DNA of 63,551 nt, counting the filler, from Octopus bimaculoides (Eukaryota): NCBI RefSeq assembly GCF_001194135.2. It is 5 parts of 5 records of this genome, joined end to end, with 100 filler letters (N's around TTAATTAATTAA, not from the genome) between each part and the next. Parts side by side here need not be neighbours in the genome. Positions count along the whole stretch, not along the records: positions 31,854 to 59,359 come from NC_068983.1; 4 more parts are not named here. The stretch is one strand, 5' to 3'. Both the position numbers and the translations under genes were made by a program. Positions 39,945 through 53,136 of this stretch are shown piece by piece. The notes beneath the pieces were generated by a model. The model worked only from the letters and a program-made list of their open reading frames with translations. It ran no database searches and was not told where the DNA came from. Every line of letters starts with the position of its first letter. The stretch's first letter is position 1.

Positions 39945-40218
39945 TGTTGTATTTCGGGATGGTCATTTTATTAATATTTTTTTGGGTGCTAAATAAACAC
40001 ATGCGCCAAATAAACACACGTGCCAAATAAACACACGTTTATTACTGTTATTTAATTATTTTAACGCCTATCCTTCGTCTGGAAATCTTTCGTCACACAT
40101 CTGTGACCTCTTCAGCAATACTTTTCGTTTCCGTATGTGTTCTTCCTCCACGTACTCCACTCGGATCTTCTAAGATGTGTATCCTTGTGTGCGCACGCGT
40201 TTGTGTATTTGTGCGTGT

Positions 40219-40254
<36 letters not shown>

Positions 40255-40722
40255 TGTGTGTGTATGTGTGTGTGTATGCAGTGTATGTGTCATAGTTTTT
40301 ATCAGTAGTGTGGCCTTCCTCCAAGCCCCAACCTCTGAGAGATTGAGGTGAGACGTTGAGGCTGATGAGAAGGCCACTGCTACTAAAATTAAGACGCACA
40401 GACAAATATACACACACACATGTACACACACGTACACAGACACACACACACACAAACACACTCACACACACATTCACAAACACGGGCACAAATGCAGGCG
40501 CACATAAAGATACACATATTAGAAGAACAGAACGGAGTAAGGGGAGCTAGAACACAGAGAAAGGAAAAGTGTCGCGTAAAAGTCAGAACAATAGACAGGC
40601 GTTAAAACGATTAGATAACAGTAATAAACGAGTAAAGAAAAAGTATATATCTATAGTGCGTGTGTTTATTTGGCATTAAAAAAATACAATAAATAGAATG
40701 ACCATCTCGAAATACAAAAATA
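39945..40722. mobile_element. About 780-bp imperfect foldback element
   Basis: Arms match as inverted repeats at several blocks; central hairpin at about 40303-40385; 17-bp subterminal unit x3 in the left arm. Confidence 0.75.
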
Positions 40723-40778
40723 TCTGTTTCAATGCACGATTTCACATCAGGAATCTTGCAAAACGAGATGGTAAATGT

Positions 40779-40823
<45 letters not shown>

Positions 40824-40900
40824 GCGTGTGCGTGTGTGTGTGTGTGTATGTATATGTATGTATATACAGAGAGAGAAAGATAGAGATACATACATACATT

Positions 40901-40932
<32 letters not shown>

Positions 40933-40945
40933 CGTACATATATGA

Positions 40946-41022
<77 letters not shown>

Positions 41023-41122
41023 TACATAGATTCATATATATATACGTACATATATATACGTATATATATATGTATTTATATATATATACACACACACATA
41101 TATATATATATATACATACATA

Positions 41123-41164
<42 letters not shown>

Positions 41165-41589
41165 GAGAGGTAACAGGAAACGTTCTCTGTGGGACAAGCC
41201 TGTTGTAGTTCAGGTTTCTGCCACTAGAAACCACTTGATGCCAAATCTCAAGCCGTGATCTGCCGACCGGCTGCATCTACTTTAACGTCGTCGTACTGCC
41301 ACGTGGTGCGTCTTTGTTTTCTAATGTTTCTCTGCTGTTTGTCGATTGTTGCAATGGTTGAAACAAAGGAAAAGTGTGCTTCCTTGGAAATTCTGTGTTC
41401 TGCTGGGGCAAAACGGTGGCTGAAACAGTTATCATGCTTGGAACAACTTCCAAGGATGCTTCCATGAGCAAAACACACATTTAGAAGTGGTTGTCTCTCT
41501 TTTGCAATGGGCACTTGTCGCTTGAAGACCAATCTCGTTCAGGGCGGTCATCGACTAATTTTATATGAAAAATATGTCTATTGACTTTG

Positions 41590-41925
41590 TATACATGGTC
41601 GGCCCGTATAGTGAAGGCGCGTGGCTTAGTGGTTAGGGCTTTCTGCTCGCGATTGTAAGGTCGTGAGTTCAATTCACGGCGATGCGTTGTGTCCTTGAGT
41701 AAGACACTTTATTTCACGTTGCTCCAGTTCACTCAGCTGGCAAAAATGAGTAGTACCTGTATTTCAAAGGGGCCGCCTTTGTCATGCTGAATCTCCCTGA
41801 GAACTACGTTAGGGGTACGCGTGTCTGTGGATTGCTCAGTCACGTGCACGTTAACTTCACGAGCAAGCTATTCCGTTGATCGCATCAGCTGGGACCCTCG
41901 ACGTCGTAACCGACGGAGTGCTCCA
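41590..41925 (+). mobile_element. tRNA-derived SINE with CORE/Meta-like centre and family B 3' tail
   Basis: Head gtgaaggcgcgtggcttagtggttaggg, centre gtgtccttgagtaagacacttta, tail gagaactacgttagggg...gtaaccgacggagtgc as in family B. Confidence 0.85.
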
Positions 41926-42309
41926 TGCTCGGCCACTGGTAGAAAAAATTTCTATAATTTTTTCCTACACTATATTAATTTTACAAATATATTTATATAA
42001 ATACATATTTATATATCAATATCTATGTATGTGTGTGCATAAATATATATGTATACATATATATATATACGTATATACCTGAGTACGCATGTATTAGCGC
42101 GTATGTGCGTGTGTGTGTGTGTGAATAAACTTACTAATTGAACAACTTATATATTTGGATGTAAAAGTTATTACATATGTAAAACTGTTTTATCGGCATT
42201 ACTATAAAATTAGGTTTAACATTAATGGCATTATTTATGAACCAGCAAAGCGAGTCTTGACGCCTGTCGTCGCAACTCAATTTACCTTTGAATATGTAGA
42301 TTGTGTATG

Positions 42310-42351
<42 letters not shown>

Positions 42352-42352
42352 C

Positions 42353-42432
<80 letters not shown>

Positions 42433-42644
42433 ATATAAAACGTCTTATAAAACAACATCGCAACTGAGGGTTAATATTATTTTAAAAATCTAGTTGTGTG
42501 AATTTTAGACATTACTTAAATACATTAATTATATCATAGACATTATTGAATTCCTATTTCTTATGAATAATATGTGCGGTTGCACTTAGAGTTGTATTTG
42601 GGAAGAATTAGAAGCACACCTAATGTGAATAATATGTACATGGG

Positions 42645-42845
42645 TTTCAGATTTTGGCACAAGGCCAGCAATTTCGGAGCGGGGGCAACAAGTCGATTTT
42701 TATCGACCATGGTACTTATTTTATCGGCCTCGAAAGAAAGAAAACAGAGTCGGCCTCGGTGGGATTTGAACACTGAACATAAAGTTGGACGAAATGCCGC
42801 TATTTTTTCCGGTGTGCTTACGATTCTGCCAGCTTACCGCCTTAA
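42645..42845 (-). mobile_element. SINE family A
   Basis: ttttggcacaaggccagcaatttcgg...tacgattctgccagcttaccgcc. Confidence 0.8.
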
Positions 42846-42852
42846 TCTAATG

Positions 42853-43160
42853 CTCTTTTACTCTTTTACTTGTTTCAGTAATTTGACTGCGGCCATGCTG
42901 GAGCACCGTCTTTAGTCGAGCAAATCGGCCCCAGGACTTATTCTTTATAAGCCGAGTACTTATTGTATCAGTCTCTTTTGCCGAACCGCTAAGTTACGGG
43001 GACGTAAACACACCAGCATCGGTTGTCAAGCAATCTTATGGGGGGGGGGAGAAACACAGACACGCAAACACACAACATACACACACATATATATATACAT
43101 ATATACGACGGGCTTCTTTCAGTTTCCGTCTACCAAATTCACTCACGAGGCTTTGTTATT
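42853..43160 (-). mobile_element. SINE family C (tail plus part of body)
   Basis: Reverse complement of 11690-11985. Confidence 0.88.
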
Positions 43161-43361
43161 GCATAGTCTCGTTCACATTTCATTCGATCAACTGTTCTAT
43201 TTTTCCCTAGTGTAAGTTACTTTTTAACTGTAATTTTTAGGAAACTTTAATGTTATTTATAATATGTCGCGTTGTGGTGGACTGGGTAAGAGCGGTTATG
43301 AGTTATTTGAGACGGGATTAATCAGTGCTGAGAAACCTTTAGCAATATTTCAGCTACATTA

Positions 43362-43568
43362 AGACAGAGTCGCTGTTGGCTCACCGGGCAGAATGCTTAG
43401 CGCCATTTTGTCCGTCCTTACGTTCTGAGTTCAAATTCCACCGAAGTCGACTTTGCCTTTCATCGTTTCGGGGTCGGTGAAATAAGTAGAAGTCGATCAC
43501 AGAGTCCGATGTAATCGACTTACATCCCACTCTCAGAACTTGCAGGCCCTATGCTAAAATTTGAAACG
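43362..43568 (+). mobile_element. SINE family A with 18-bp TSD
   Basis: TSD aatatttcagctacatta at 43344-43361 and 43569-43586. Confidence 0.88.
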
Positions 43569-43949
43569 AATATTTCAGCTACATTATATGTACGTCTACT
43601 CTCACGTACACACACACACACGAACGGACAGACAGACAAACAGACAGACATATAGATAGATAGATAGATAGATAGATAGACAGGTACACACATTGGCATA
43701 CTAACATTAGAGCCCATTATCTTATCTGAATACTTACTGAACTGATTTCTTGAGTAACATAAGTTTGCAAAGATATGTTTCCATATGTTGCAGATATTGT
43801 GAAAGGAAGTTGTTACCCCTAACTTTCAACGTTCATAGTGGTGGACCAGGTACTCTTTTTATCTGGCTATTATGGTGAAACCTGTCCGGTTTGGTTGAAT
43901 CTGCTTGGTGCAACGTCTACAACTGCCTTAGACCCGCCCCGCTCAGTCA

Positions 43950-44600
43950 TGGAATCATACAAACATTCAATTACTTTTTTCATTTATTGTCTGAAACGAG
44001 TTAGCGTCTTTTTCTGGCGTTGCTGACTCTGTACATCATAACGTGTTGCCCATTGGTATTTTCCTGTCTAGATTTGTTTTGTGATGTGTAGCGTAGAGCA
44101 TTACAATGTTTTGTTGTTGTAAGTGCATGGTGAACTGGCGAGTAGGTGTCGTATTTATATGGCCCAAATACCTATTAGAGACTTTAGGTTAATATCACAT
44201 TGCTCATTAGCAACTTTTTTGTGGATGCATACGTTTGTGGTTTATGGCTGATAAGAAGTCTTTATTTTTAATGTTCTTGTGGTATATAATTATCGTTAAT
44301 TTATCATTTGTTGCCATGCATTTAGTTATCTGTTTTACGAGCTTTTTGATAATGCATTCATCTCTTGTAGAGTCAAGAAGCATGTGATTCATAAAATACA
44401 CTTGATGCCTCTTCTTTATAGCTGCGGTATGTGGTGTGTTTTTGTTGTGGATTCCTTTCGTTTATTGTTTTATTGCTGAGATTATTCGTTTGATAGAAAT
44501 CTCGTTGCTGTTTACAATTTGTTTTATTTCTCTAACTCGTGTTTCGTTTGAGGAGAAATTCTAAATTATCTTGTATGTGTGTTATATGAATGAAATGCTA
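43950..44600 (-). mobile_element. Penelope-like element relic (RT end plus GIY-YIG endonuclease)
   Basis: Minus translation YLGHINTTPTRQFTMHLQ...HHKTNLDRK..GNT resembles PLE YIG.TT..L.RR.TMH; upstream REIKQIVNSN; many disruptions. Confidence 0.55.
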
Positions 44601-44694
44601 AGAAACTATAGAACGCATGCGCACATTATCGCAAATCTTGTAAAGCAGAACGTATCTAAAAGTGTTACACTCATCGAAAAATTAATATTAATTC

Positions 44695-44900
44695 TAACTC
44701 TTTGGTATTAGTTTCAAATCTTTGCAAAAGGCCGGTAATTTCAGGGTTGAGGATAAGTCGATTACATCGATGTCACAACTCAAATAGTTCTTACCGACCT
44801 CGCCAGAATTTGAACTCAGAACGTAAAGATGGAGATGGACAGAATGCTCCCAAATATTTCACCCGGCGCAGAAATGATTGTGCCAGCGCACCGCCTTACA
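44695..44900 (-). mobile_element. SINE family A
   Basis: Reverse complement body; flanked by near-repeats aaattaatattaattctaa / aaattaataataatactaa. Confidence 0.8.
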
Positions 44901-44924
44901 AAAACAATAAATTAATAATAATAC

Positions 44925-45300
44925 TAAGAGACGGTCGCAATGCTTAGCGGTATTTCGTCCGTCTTTCATCCTTTCGGGGTCGATAAATTAAGTACCAGTT
45001 ACGCACTGGGGTCGATGTTATCGACTTAATCCCTTTGTCTCTCCTTGTTTGTCCCCTCTATGTTTAGCCCCTTGTGGGCAATAAAGAAATAAGAATCGTT
45101 ACCGCACCGTGCAAAATATTTAGCGACATTTCTTACGTCTTTACGTTCCGAGTTCAAATTCTGCTCTGGTCGACTTTGCTGTTCATCCTTTCGGTAGTGT
45201 GTGGGGGTGGGGGTTAGATAAAACAAGTAGCAATGAAACACTGGGGGTCAAATGTAATCGACTAGCCTCGTGCCCGAACTTGCTGACCTTGAACATTAAT
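44925..45300 (+). mobile_element. Two SINE family A units joined by the agccccttgtgggcaataaagaaataagaa linker
   Basis: First unit has an internal deletion and an extended tail; second starts at tcgttaccgc. Confidence 0.78.
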
Positions 45301-45447
45301 TTTAAACCAGTATTAATACTAATATTTAATATTAGAAATAATGATTTTCTAAGCATCTAAGCCCACGAAGAAACAACTAATATTAATGATGAACATGATA
45401 TATAGAACGTCGTTGGCAAATATGAAAGTTCTGATCGTCTTATAGGT

Positions 45448-45605
45448 GCAGGCGTGGCTATGTGGTAAGAAGGTTGCTTCCCAACAATATGGTTCTGGAT
45501 TTAGTTCCAGTGCATGGCACCTTGGGCAAGTGTTTTCTACTATAGCCGACCAAGGCACTGTCTAGATTTGGTTGACGAAAACTGAAAGAGGTTCGTCGTA
45601 TATAT
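45448..45605 (+). mobile_element. SINE family C 5' part
   Basis: ggcgtggctatgtggtaag...ggcaccttgggcaagtgt...gaaaactgaaagagg. Confidence 0.82.
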
Positions 45606-45816
45606 GTTTTAAATTCAACTTACGTTGAAAGTCAACAAACACAGTTAGCCTTAGAATAAGTATCAGGCATCGTTTCGGATTCGTGGTATTGGCAAGTCAC
45701 AAAGATGACGAAACATCGATGTCACTTCAACATTTATGTTGAAGTGAAGCTAACGATTTTTGTGTGTTCTTGAATGGTTTACAGATATCTTCGATGCTGC
45801 AATTGTTTGTGTTTAT

Positions 45817-45864
<48 letters not shown>

Positions 45865-46009
45865 ATGTAACGATTTATACACAGAGAGAAGACCCTTGAC
45901 AGGATTCTGAGTGTATAAATCGTTATACACTCATATACAAAAATATGTAAAAGTCTTGTGACTTTTATTAAGCATGCGAACCACTGGCAATAAATTATTT
46001 TAATATTTT

Positions 46010-46245
46010 AGCCTCATGGGCTGAGACCCCACTCGGTCATGACTGACCATAGGATTGCACCTAGAAAGTTACCCTCCCAGGCACAAGTCCGAGCAAGGTT
46101 GTTTTATAGAAGACCAGCAGTCGCCCATGCATATCGGTCTCCCCTCTCCACGCCACCGGTATTATCCGAGGGAAAGGCAAAAGCCGATACAGCTTAGCAC
46201 CTGTTGCGTCGCAACTCATTTCTACAGCTGAGTGAACTGGAGCCT
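46010..46245 (-). mobile_element. SINE-like relic (CORE/Meta-like centre with another tail)
   Basis: actcatttctacagctgagtgaactggagc is the reverse complement of the 41590 centre. Confidence 0.55.
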
Positions 46246-47114
46246 CAAATGCCTATATTCTCTTTCTTACCTCTTGTGGGTTTCTTAATAACACATGAGT
46301 CTGCCTTGTAACAAGATCGTCTCTTCAGCTTACGTTGTATGGGCGAAGGATGGTTCGTGGCGGAAAGAAATATGGTTTTATAATCTTTTCAAGCAAGCAA
46401 TATTTTATTGCCTTTAATTATGTACGAAATCAAATACAATTGCGAATATTTTTCTTGTGACTTTAATTATAACTGTGAAGCAATTATAGAAGGCGTGGCT
46501 TCGTAACTTAATGTAATGTTTTGAATAAAAACCTAGTAATCATTGAACTTAGAAGGACAATGTTTAAAAAAAAATTGAACACATTTGTGGCCTCATCCTA
46601 ATGCAAAAACATTATTTTAATTACCATTGGCTAAAGTGTTGTTTGGTCGATAAAAAATTAACATTTTAATGAAGCACGTGTAGTTTGTATTCTAAAGTAG
46701 ATAACAAGAGAAGTGTGACGCTCATAATTTCCCGAAGGCGGCCTTTAGCGTGAGAAGGAAGTAAAGTGGCTTTTAAAACGTTGATTGAAATGTATTTCAG
46801 TCGCCATCAGATTAAAATCAAAATTTCTCTCTCCAAACCTCATCACAGTTTTCCTTCTTCTTGAAAACGATGAACAGTTTTATTGGTCTTTATTATTTCT
46901 TCATTTTCTTTTTACTTGACCCCTTGTTACTGCTTCATTGTATCCAAGAAAAATATTCAAACAATCCTAACAAATTCACATCATCAAGTTTAACGATAGA
47001 AGAAAATCAACAATTTAATGGTTTATATAATTAGTAGCATGCCTCAAATGTGTTACTAAGGATCGAAGCTATAACATAATTCCAATTTCCAAGACAGTAC
47101 CTAACATTTGTTGG

Positions 47115-47245
47115 AGTGAAGGCGCGTACCTAGTGGCTAACATCGATAACTCACGGTCGCGAGATCATAGTTTCAATTTGGTTGTGCATTGTGTCTTTGA
47201 TCACAAAATGTCATTGCAGGTTGCTTCAGTTCAGTCAGTTGTACC
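47115..47245 (+). mobile_element. Decayed SINE head of the 41590 type
   Basis: gtgaaggcgcgtacctagtggctaa...gcattgtgtctttgatcacaa...cagttcagtcag. Confidence 0.6.
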
Positions 47246-48169
47246 TGGGTTTTAGATGGTGACTCAGGAAAATCACCCGAAAGGAAGTCAAGCGAGCGAT
47301 GTTTTGTATTCAGTGACCTGACTGGGCGAGATTTGTTGTTCAGCCACATCGAAGACTGAATGAAAAAGGAAGTTGCTGAAATAACGCAGCCACTGTTGAT
47401 TTAATGGCGAATTAACGTGCTCAGCGTCTTCCGTTAATCGTATGTTTTACTGAAGAAGTAAATTATACATGGTTTAATATTCGTATGAATATAGCATAAT
47501 AATATATTATAGCTATACGCATAATGCTGTAATTTTCTTGTTAACTTTATATACACTGCGAAGCTTGAAGATTAATTAATCCAGCTAAATCAAAAGGAAA
47601 CAATTGAAAGAATTGTTAAAAGATTAAACGGAAATCAAACCTAAATTGACATGGCTTAGTAAACGTTGATGTATCCAACGTTAGTGCCCTTACACATATA
47701 CAATATACCTGATTACATGAGAGGCATCAGATAGATATAGAATAAATGGAATCGTTTCGTACATCTTATATTCCAATATAAAAGTGCTACCAGTCGAGAA
47801 CTCCACATACCAGAAGCCAGCAACTGTATGGGGTCATCAGGATAGAATTCGCGCCTTTTCGAGGCCTACCTCTCGACGGCATCATTGTGCACCGCTCCCC
47901 TCCTCACTGACATGAGGTCCCGCTTGCTAGATCAACTGGGTATCAAATATAGCTCAATATCCTTCTAACTATCGCTTATCGTCGCTTTTTAACCAAATCC
48001 AGTGGTTCACCTCTTCCCCTGTAGTTTGTATATCTCTCATGGTGGCCATTTGCTTTACGATGTGTTAGGCCTAACGATAACAACAGAAAAGGGAATAGAA
48101 AAAATATCTGAAGCACAGTAGAAATGAAATATCTCACATTGTATCATAAAATAAACAAGAATACAGGTT

Positions 48170-48721
48170 CAGGGTGTTCAAAACGTTTCTCCGCAGTAAG
48201 TATTTTGTTGCAAAATAAATATTTAAAAGATGATATAAGACTACAAAAGAATATGTTAGACTTTACAAGACTTCAAAAAACTTTTTAAAAGGTGTTGAAA
48301 GTGTCGTCCTTCATTTTCAATACACAAGTTGACACTTCTACACATGGTTTGAAATACATTTTGGAGAGGCTGACGTGGTATGGACCGTGTGAAGGTTACC
48401 TTTGCGTCTTTTAGCTCATTAATGATTTTCGGGCGATTCTTGTACACTGATCCTTTACTTGCTCCCCAGAAAAGAAAAAAAAAACGTCTGGCGGTGTTAA
48501 ATCATGTGATCTTGCTGGCCAAAGTCCCTTCGAAATAATCCATACACCGAAAAAGTCTTGCAGTAGCGCCATGGAGAGTTCCATCTTGCTGAAAGTATGC
48601 ATTATTAATTTCACTTTCAGTGAGTTGGCCTACAAATGGAGAGCAAATATTTGGGCAATATCTTTCGGTGCTAATGGTGTCTTCAAAAAATTCACTGCGG
48701 AGAATCGTTTTGAACAACCTG
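48170..48721 (-). mobile_element. Tc1/mariner-superfamily internal-deletion derivative with intact TIRs
   Basis: TIRs cagggtgttcaaaacgtttctccgcagt and actgcggagaatcgttttgaacaacctg+TA; translations FFEDTI..ERY, FQQDG, WPARSHDLTPPDVFF, CIENEGRHFQHLL. Confidence 0.88.
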
Positions 48722-49167
48722 TATTAACTGATTTAGCTTAAAACCTGTATTAATTGATTTAGTTTAAAACCTCTACCAAAGCAGGTCTTCTCATTAGCTT
48801 ACAATTGTGCTGTTACCTCTTTACAGCAAATAAATTTGTTTCTTATCGCAACTGCTTCTTTTCTTACCACTTCTATTTACGATCTCCCAACTCGCCTTTT
48901 CTTTTCTTCCTTTCATCAAATACTTTGTGTCCATCCTGAAGCCTCACACCAACCCCGCTTCATGTCCTGTTCGAAACAATATCGGCTGTTTGCATTCCTC
49001 TCTCCCCACTGCCAATACCTTTACTGCAACCATTGATTTGCAGCCATTGTTGCATTAACAGCATCAACCTCATCGGAAAACTTCTGAAGGCCGTAAGTGC
49101 AACCACTTCAACCAGTGCTACTAAATAATAACTGCTATTATAAGAGCTTCAGTAGTTTTACTTTATA

Positions 49168-49168
49168 T

Positions 49169-49258
<90 letters not shown>
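49168..49258. repeat. (GT)n microsatellite
   Basis: Direct reading; similar tracts at 34647-34706 and 58254-58345. Confidence 0.95.
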
Positions 49259-49260
<2 letters not shown>

Positions 49261-50771
49261 CAGAAGAAGAAGAAAAAGAAGAAGAAGACGAAGAAATACA
49301 ACTGAGGATTGAGGGATGGAAGACTAATTGTAAAAGATGAAACCAAGGGTAAATTAGAAGGAAACTTTCTAGCAATAACCGGCATCAATCCGTTCTGAAA
49401 GTTCAGATCAAAACCATTTGGGGTAGAATAAATTATTGTCTATTGAAAGCATTAGGTGGATTTAGTACTCAAAAGGTCTTTTAGAAAAGAAGCTGTCCGA
49501 CGTTAAAAAAATGCTTGTCATATTGTGTCACATTCCTGGATTTGAAGTCTGGCTAATGATTGACTAGCAATAAAGAAATGATAGTAAACTAGTGCGTATG
49601 TTATTATTATTATTGGTGTAATGACCGTCCCAACACACACAAGCTTGTCTCAACATACGAATTCACATTAAAAAAACCTTGCAAACCAAGTACAAAAATC
49701 GAATTATTATTAAAACATTCTGTTTAGCTCTTTCATCGATGAATCAGAATAGTGACGAGCTAATATATCGATCTCTCAGCTGATGTAGTCTGCAATCAGT
49801 GGGAAGGCACCGAGCCAACTCCATGTTTATCTAGTTTGAAGGAAAGAAAGGAGTCTTGATGTGTCACTAGTGGAAACTCCGGACATTTCGTTGGTTTAAG
49901 ATGAGGAAATAATGTAAATACATCAAAACCATTCGTTTCTCTCTTTTTCTTATATAATTACGTCTTCTGTCTGTTGAACTCATTCAATACAAACACAGAT
50001 TAAATATTGTAATCATTAAGTAGGAAGACAATGTGAAAATAAAACAATTAGCTTCTCTAAAACAACACATTTATAATTACAGTAATGTTGTAGTATCATC
50101 AAATTTGATGTGATTTTAGGCCGAGCAATTTAGATTCAGTTCCTCCGTCAGATACTCGAGATTAATTCACATTCAGACATCACATTTCCCCTTTTCCTCT
50201 CATTTTATGTTAAGTTTCAAACTTATTAATTTATGTTTATTGAAATGTTACGGATAATTATCCATGCTGCGAGGGTGAGATCGAATGCAGCATACTGCTT
50301 ATATATTTATTAGACGTACGTAAATTAATAATGAGTTTATTTCATTCGTTCAAATAAATTCATTTACAAAATCTAACTTCCTTAACTACTCAGTGTCAAG
50401 CATTTTAATGCAGGAAATTCCGAAAGCAGACATTCTTATTTAAAATATAGAGATTGAAATATTTTAGTTGCAGAATAGAAGATAAAAATGATTGAAATTA
50501 ATGAGAACAGACATTCGAGTAAAAATTCTTATATGTAATAGCGAATATTTGCGAAGTAGAGACAACAGCAAGGCTTAGACTAAATGCTTTGAGCTAATTT
50601 GTCATCGCCTTCTGCTTTCAACACATGATGAAGCTGAGTGTACTTGTACTTTTCCTATCACCGTGGTCGATAAGTTACCAAGTGTATTTTGTAGCAAGAG
50701 AGTTCGTGGAAAACTTAGATAAATGTTGTTGCCGTTAGGAATGCGAATCTAACGATTCGTATTCTGAGTTT

Positions 50772-50812
<41 letters not shown>

Positions 50813-51307
50813 GGAGATTTTATCACTTTTCGTTGTAGACAGTAAACCATGTTCTTTGGTAATTGGTTATCGACTCTACCACCTTCATAACAAAGCTGAA
50901 GTAATCTACCAATGTAAGAAATCACCAGCGATATATCTTAAGTATTTAGCGTTCTCTGAACACTACAGAAGTGGAAATCAGAAACAAGATAATTGATTAA
51001 CAAGATTTATGATTTTGATAGCTTATTACATAACGATTTTGTTAGCTCTGTTATATTTGGACGCTGCATGGTTGATAACCTGTTTGTGTGAGGCGTGGTG
51101 AAATGCAAAAGTAATCTAACGCTGAATGAAACTATCAGCAGTATTTACTTGCATGTATCTACGCCAAACAGTTTCAGTTCATAGTGTATTGGACGCCTCC
51201 ATCATCTGTCGAGGCCGATGCAATTAGAACCTGTAATGTTCTTTTCACGACAGTCAAGTACAATCACGTCGTCCAAATATAAGGACCTGTGACAATATTT
51301 ATATATT

Positions 51308-51527
51308 CTTTTTTACTCTAGGCAAAAGACCTGAAGTATTGGTGGGAGTGGGGGTCAGTCGATTAGATCGACCCCAGTGCGCAACTGGTACTTAATTTAT
51401 CGACCCCGAAAGGATGAAAGGCAAAGTCGACCTCGGCGGAATTTGAACTCTGAACGTAAAGACAGACGAAATACGCTAATCATTTCGCCCGGCGTGCTAA
51501 CGTTTCTGCCAGCTCCTCGCTGCCTTC
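51308..51527 (-). mobile_element. SINE family A with 15-bp TSD
   Basis: TSD caatatttatatatt at 51293-51307 and 51528-51542. Confidence 0.93.
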
Positions 51528-51576
51528 CAATATTTATATATTAATGCACTAAGGCTAAATGTGTGACGCTGTCATG

Positions 51577-51622
<46 letters not shown>

Positions 51623-52835
51623 AGTTAGCGGTGAAAACCAGGAGAGTCGAAGAAAGAGGAGAGAGAGGGAGTGAATGAGTGAGTGAGTGAGTGAGTGAGT
51701 GAATGAGTTAATGAGTGAGTGAGTGCTTGAGCGAGCGAGTGAGCGAGTGAGTGGGTGAGTGAATGAGACAGTGAGTGTTAAGTGAAGGCTGTTAAATAAT
51801 TTTAAATATATAATAGAATGCGACAGACATTAACAATAAAAGTTTATTTGTTGTGAAAGCTTTGAATGTTCAACCGTTTTTATTTCTTCAATCCGTCAAT
51901 GTGTCTAAATGGTGAGATAGATTATTGACGGATAGGAAGCAGAAAAAGGGATGGATACATAGATCGAAATGTAGTAAATCAAACTGAAATAACCTTAGCA
52001 AATAGCTGTGGATGTCACTTTCATCTTTTTGTATATTGCAGCCTAAAGCCCGAGACAATGCTGGAGCACCGCAATTATTTCGTTTTTCTTTTCTTAAAAA
52101 GTCTTTCGGTTAAAATGTTTACCCGTATCGTTAGAACAGACTGATGTATGCATCGACAGAAATGTAAGTAAAATATCATAGATAGACAGACGGATAGATA
52201 AACAGACAGACAGACAGACAGACAGGTGGCATCTTTAATACTATCCATGTGGAGGTTTACACTTTCTCAAGAATCAAATGTTTCAGAAAAATGTACAATT
52301 CCATCATACAATGTACAAATTGATATATTCTGATCTCCATGTGTAGAAACAGTCAGGATGCCAATGCCGAGTTAGTCTTTCATTAAGAACAAATTTATTT
52401 CAGAATTGTTCCATGCAGTAATGTTTACGAGTTTATTGAGCATCTGCAGACAACACGGCCGGATTAATTGGTTGACATCAGGATTTAGAGATGGAATATT
52501 TATATTATGTATTCATACTGAAACGCTTTCAACAGCTGTGTATGCGAAGACTTTCATACATTGTTAACAGAATTTATTGTTAGAATGGATAAATTTAACA
52601 GGCTTTTTTTTATAATAACTTGTAGCTTTTAACAACGATGGTAGATATTCTAGTCGATAAGAGCTGTTTAAATAAACGGAAACTCGGTGATGTCTTTTAT
52701 TTGCAAAATTGTCCACGTCCGTGAAAAGGTATACAGTTCCGAATTGAAACTGTGATTTACTTTATTAACTTGGTAATCTTCAGCTTCGATATAGCAGAGT
52801 GATGGACTCCACTTAATTAACTTGCATTGAGGTTA

Positions 52836-52984
52836 TAAAGTCGTAGCTGAAAGTGGCCAGAACATAGGTCTGAACATTAGAATTTTTATATTAAATACCC
52901 AAAGTGACATTTGAATTGAATTGTGCTTGAGCGTAATAATTTTAATTTATTTTTAAACATTCCAAACTTTTGGCCACGACTGTA
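52836..52984. mobile_element. Short Tc1-like MITE relic
   Basis: Right end aaacttttggccacgactgta (reverse complement TACAGTCGTGGCCAAAAGTTT, Tc1-type TIR); left end taaagtcgtagctgaaagt is a decayed match. Confidence 0.5.
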
Positions 52985-53136
52985 ACAAAAAGAAAAAAAA
53001 GTCATTTGTTTTTAGTGTTGCTATAAAACAAAAACAAGTTATGGAACACTCCAGCCGCTTAAAATATCGTTCGATCTTAACGAAAATCTTTGAATTTCAT
53101 GTGCGTAGATAGATTAGAAGCAATTCGTAGTAAATA

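Noticed and set aside
46270-46380. Minus-strand peptide IQRKLKRRSCYKADSCVIKKPTR ending at a GTAAG donor, resembling a nuclear-receptor D-box
   Set aside because: Lacks FFRR and the other zinc-finger cysteines, the acceptor is weak and no partner exons were found; probably chance.
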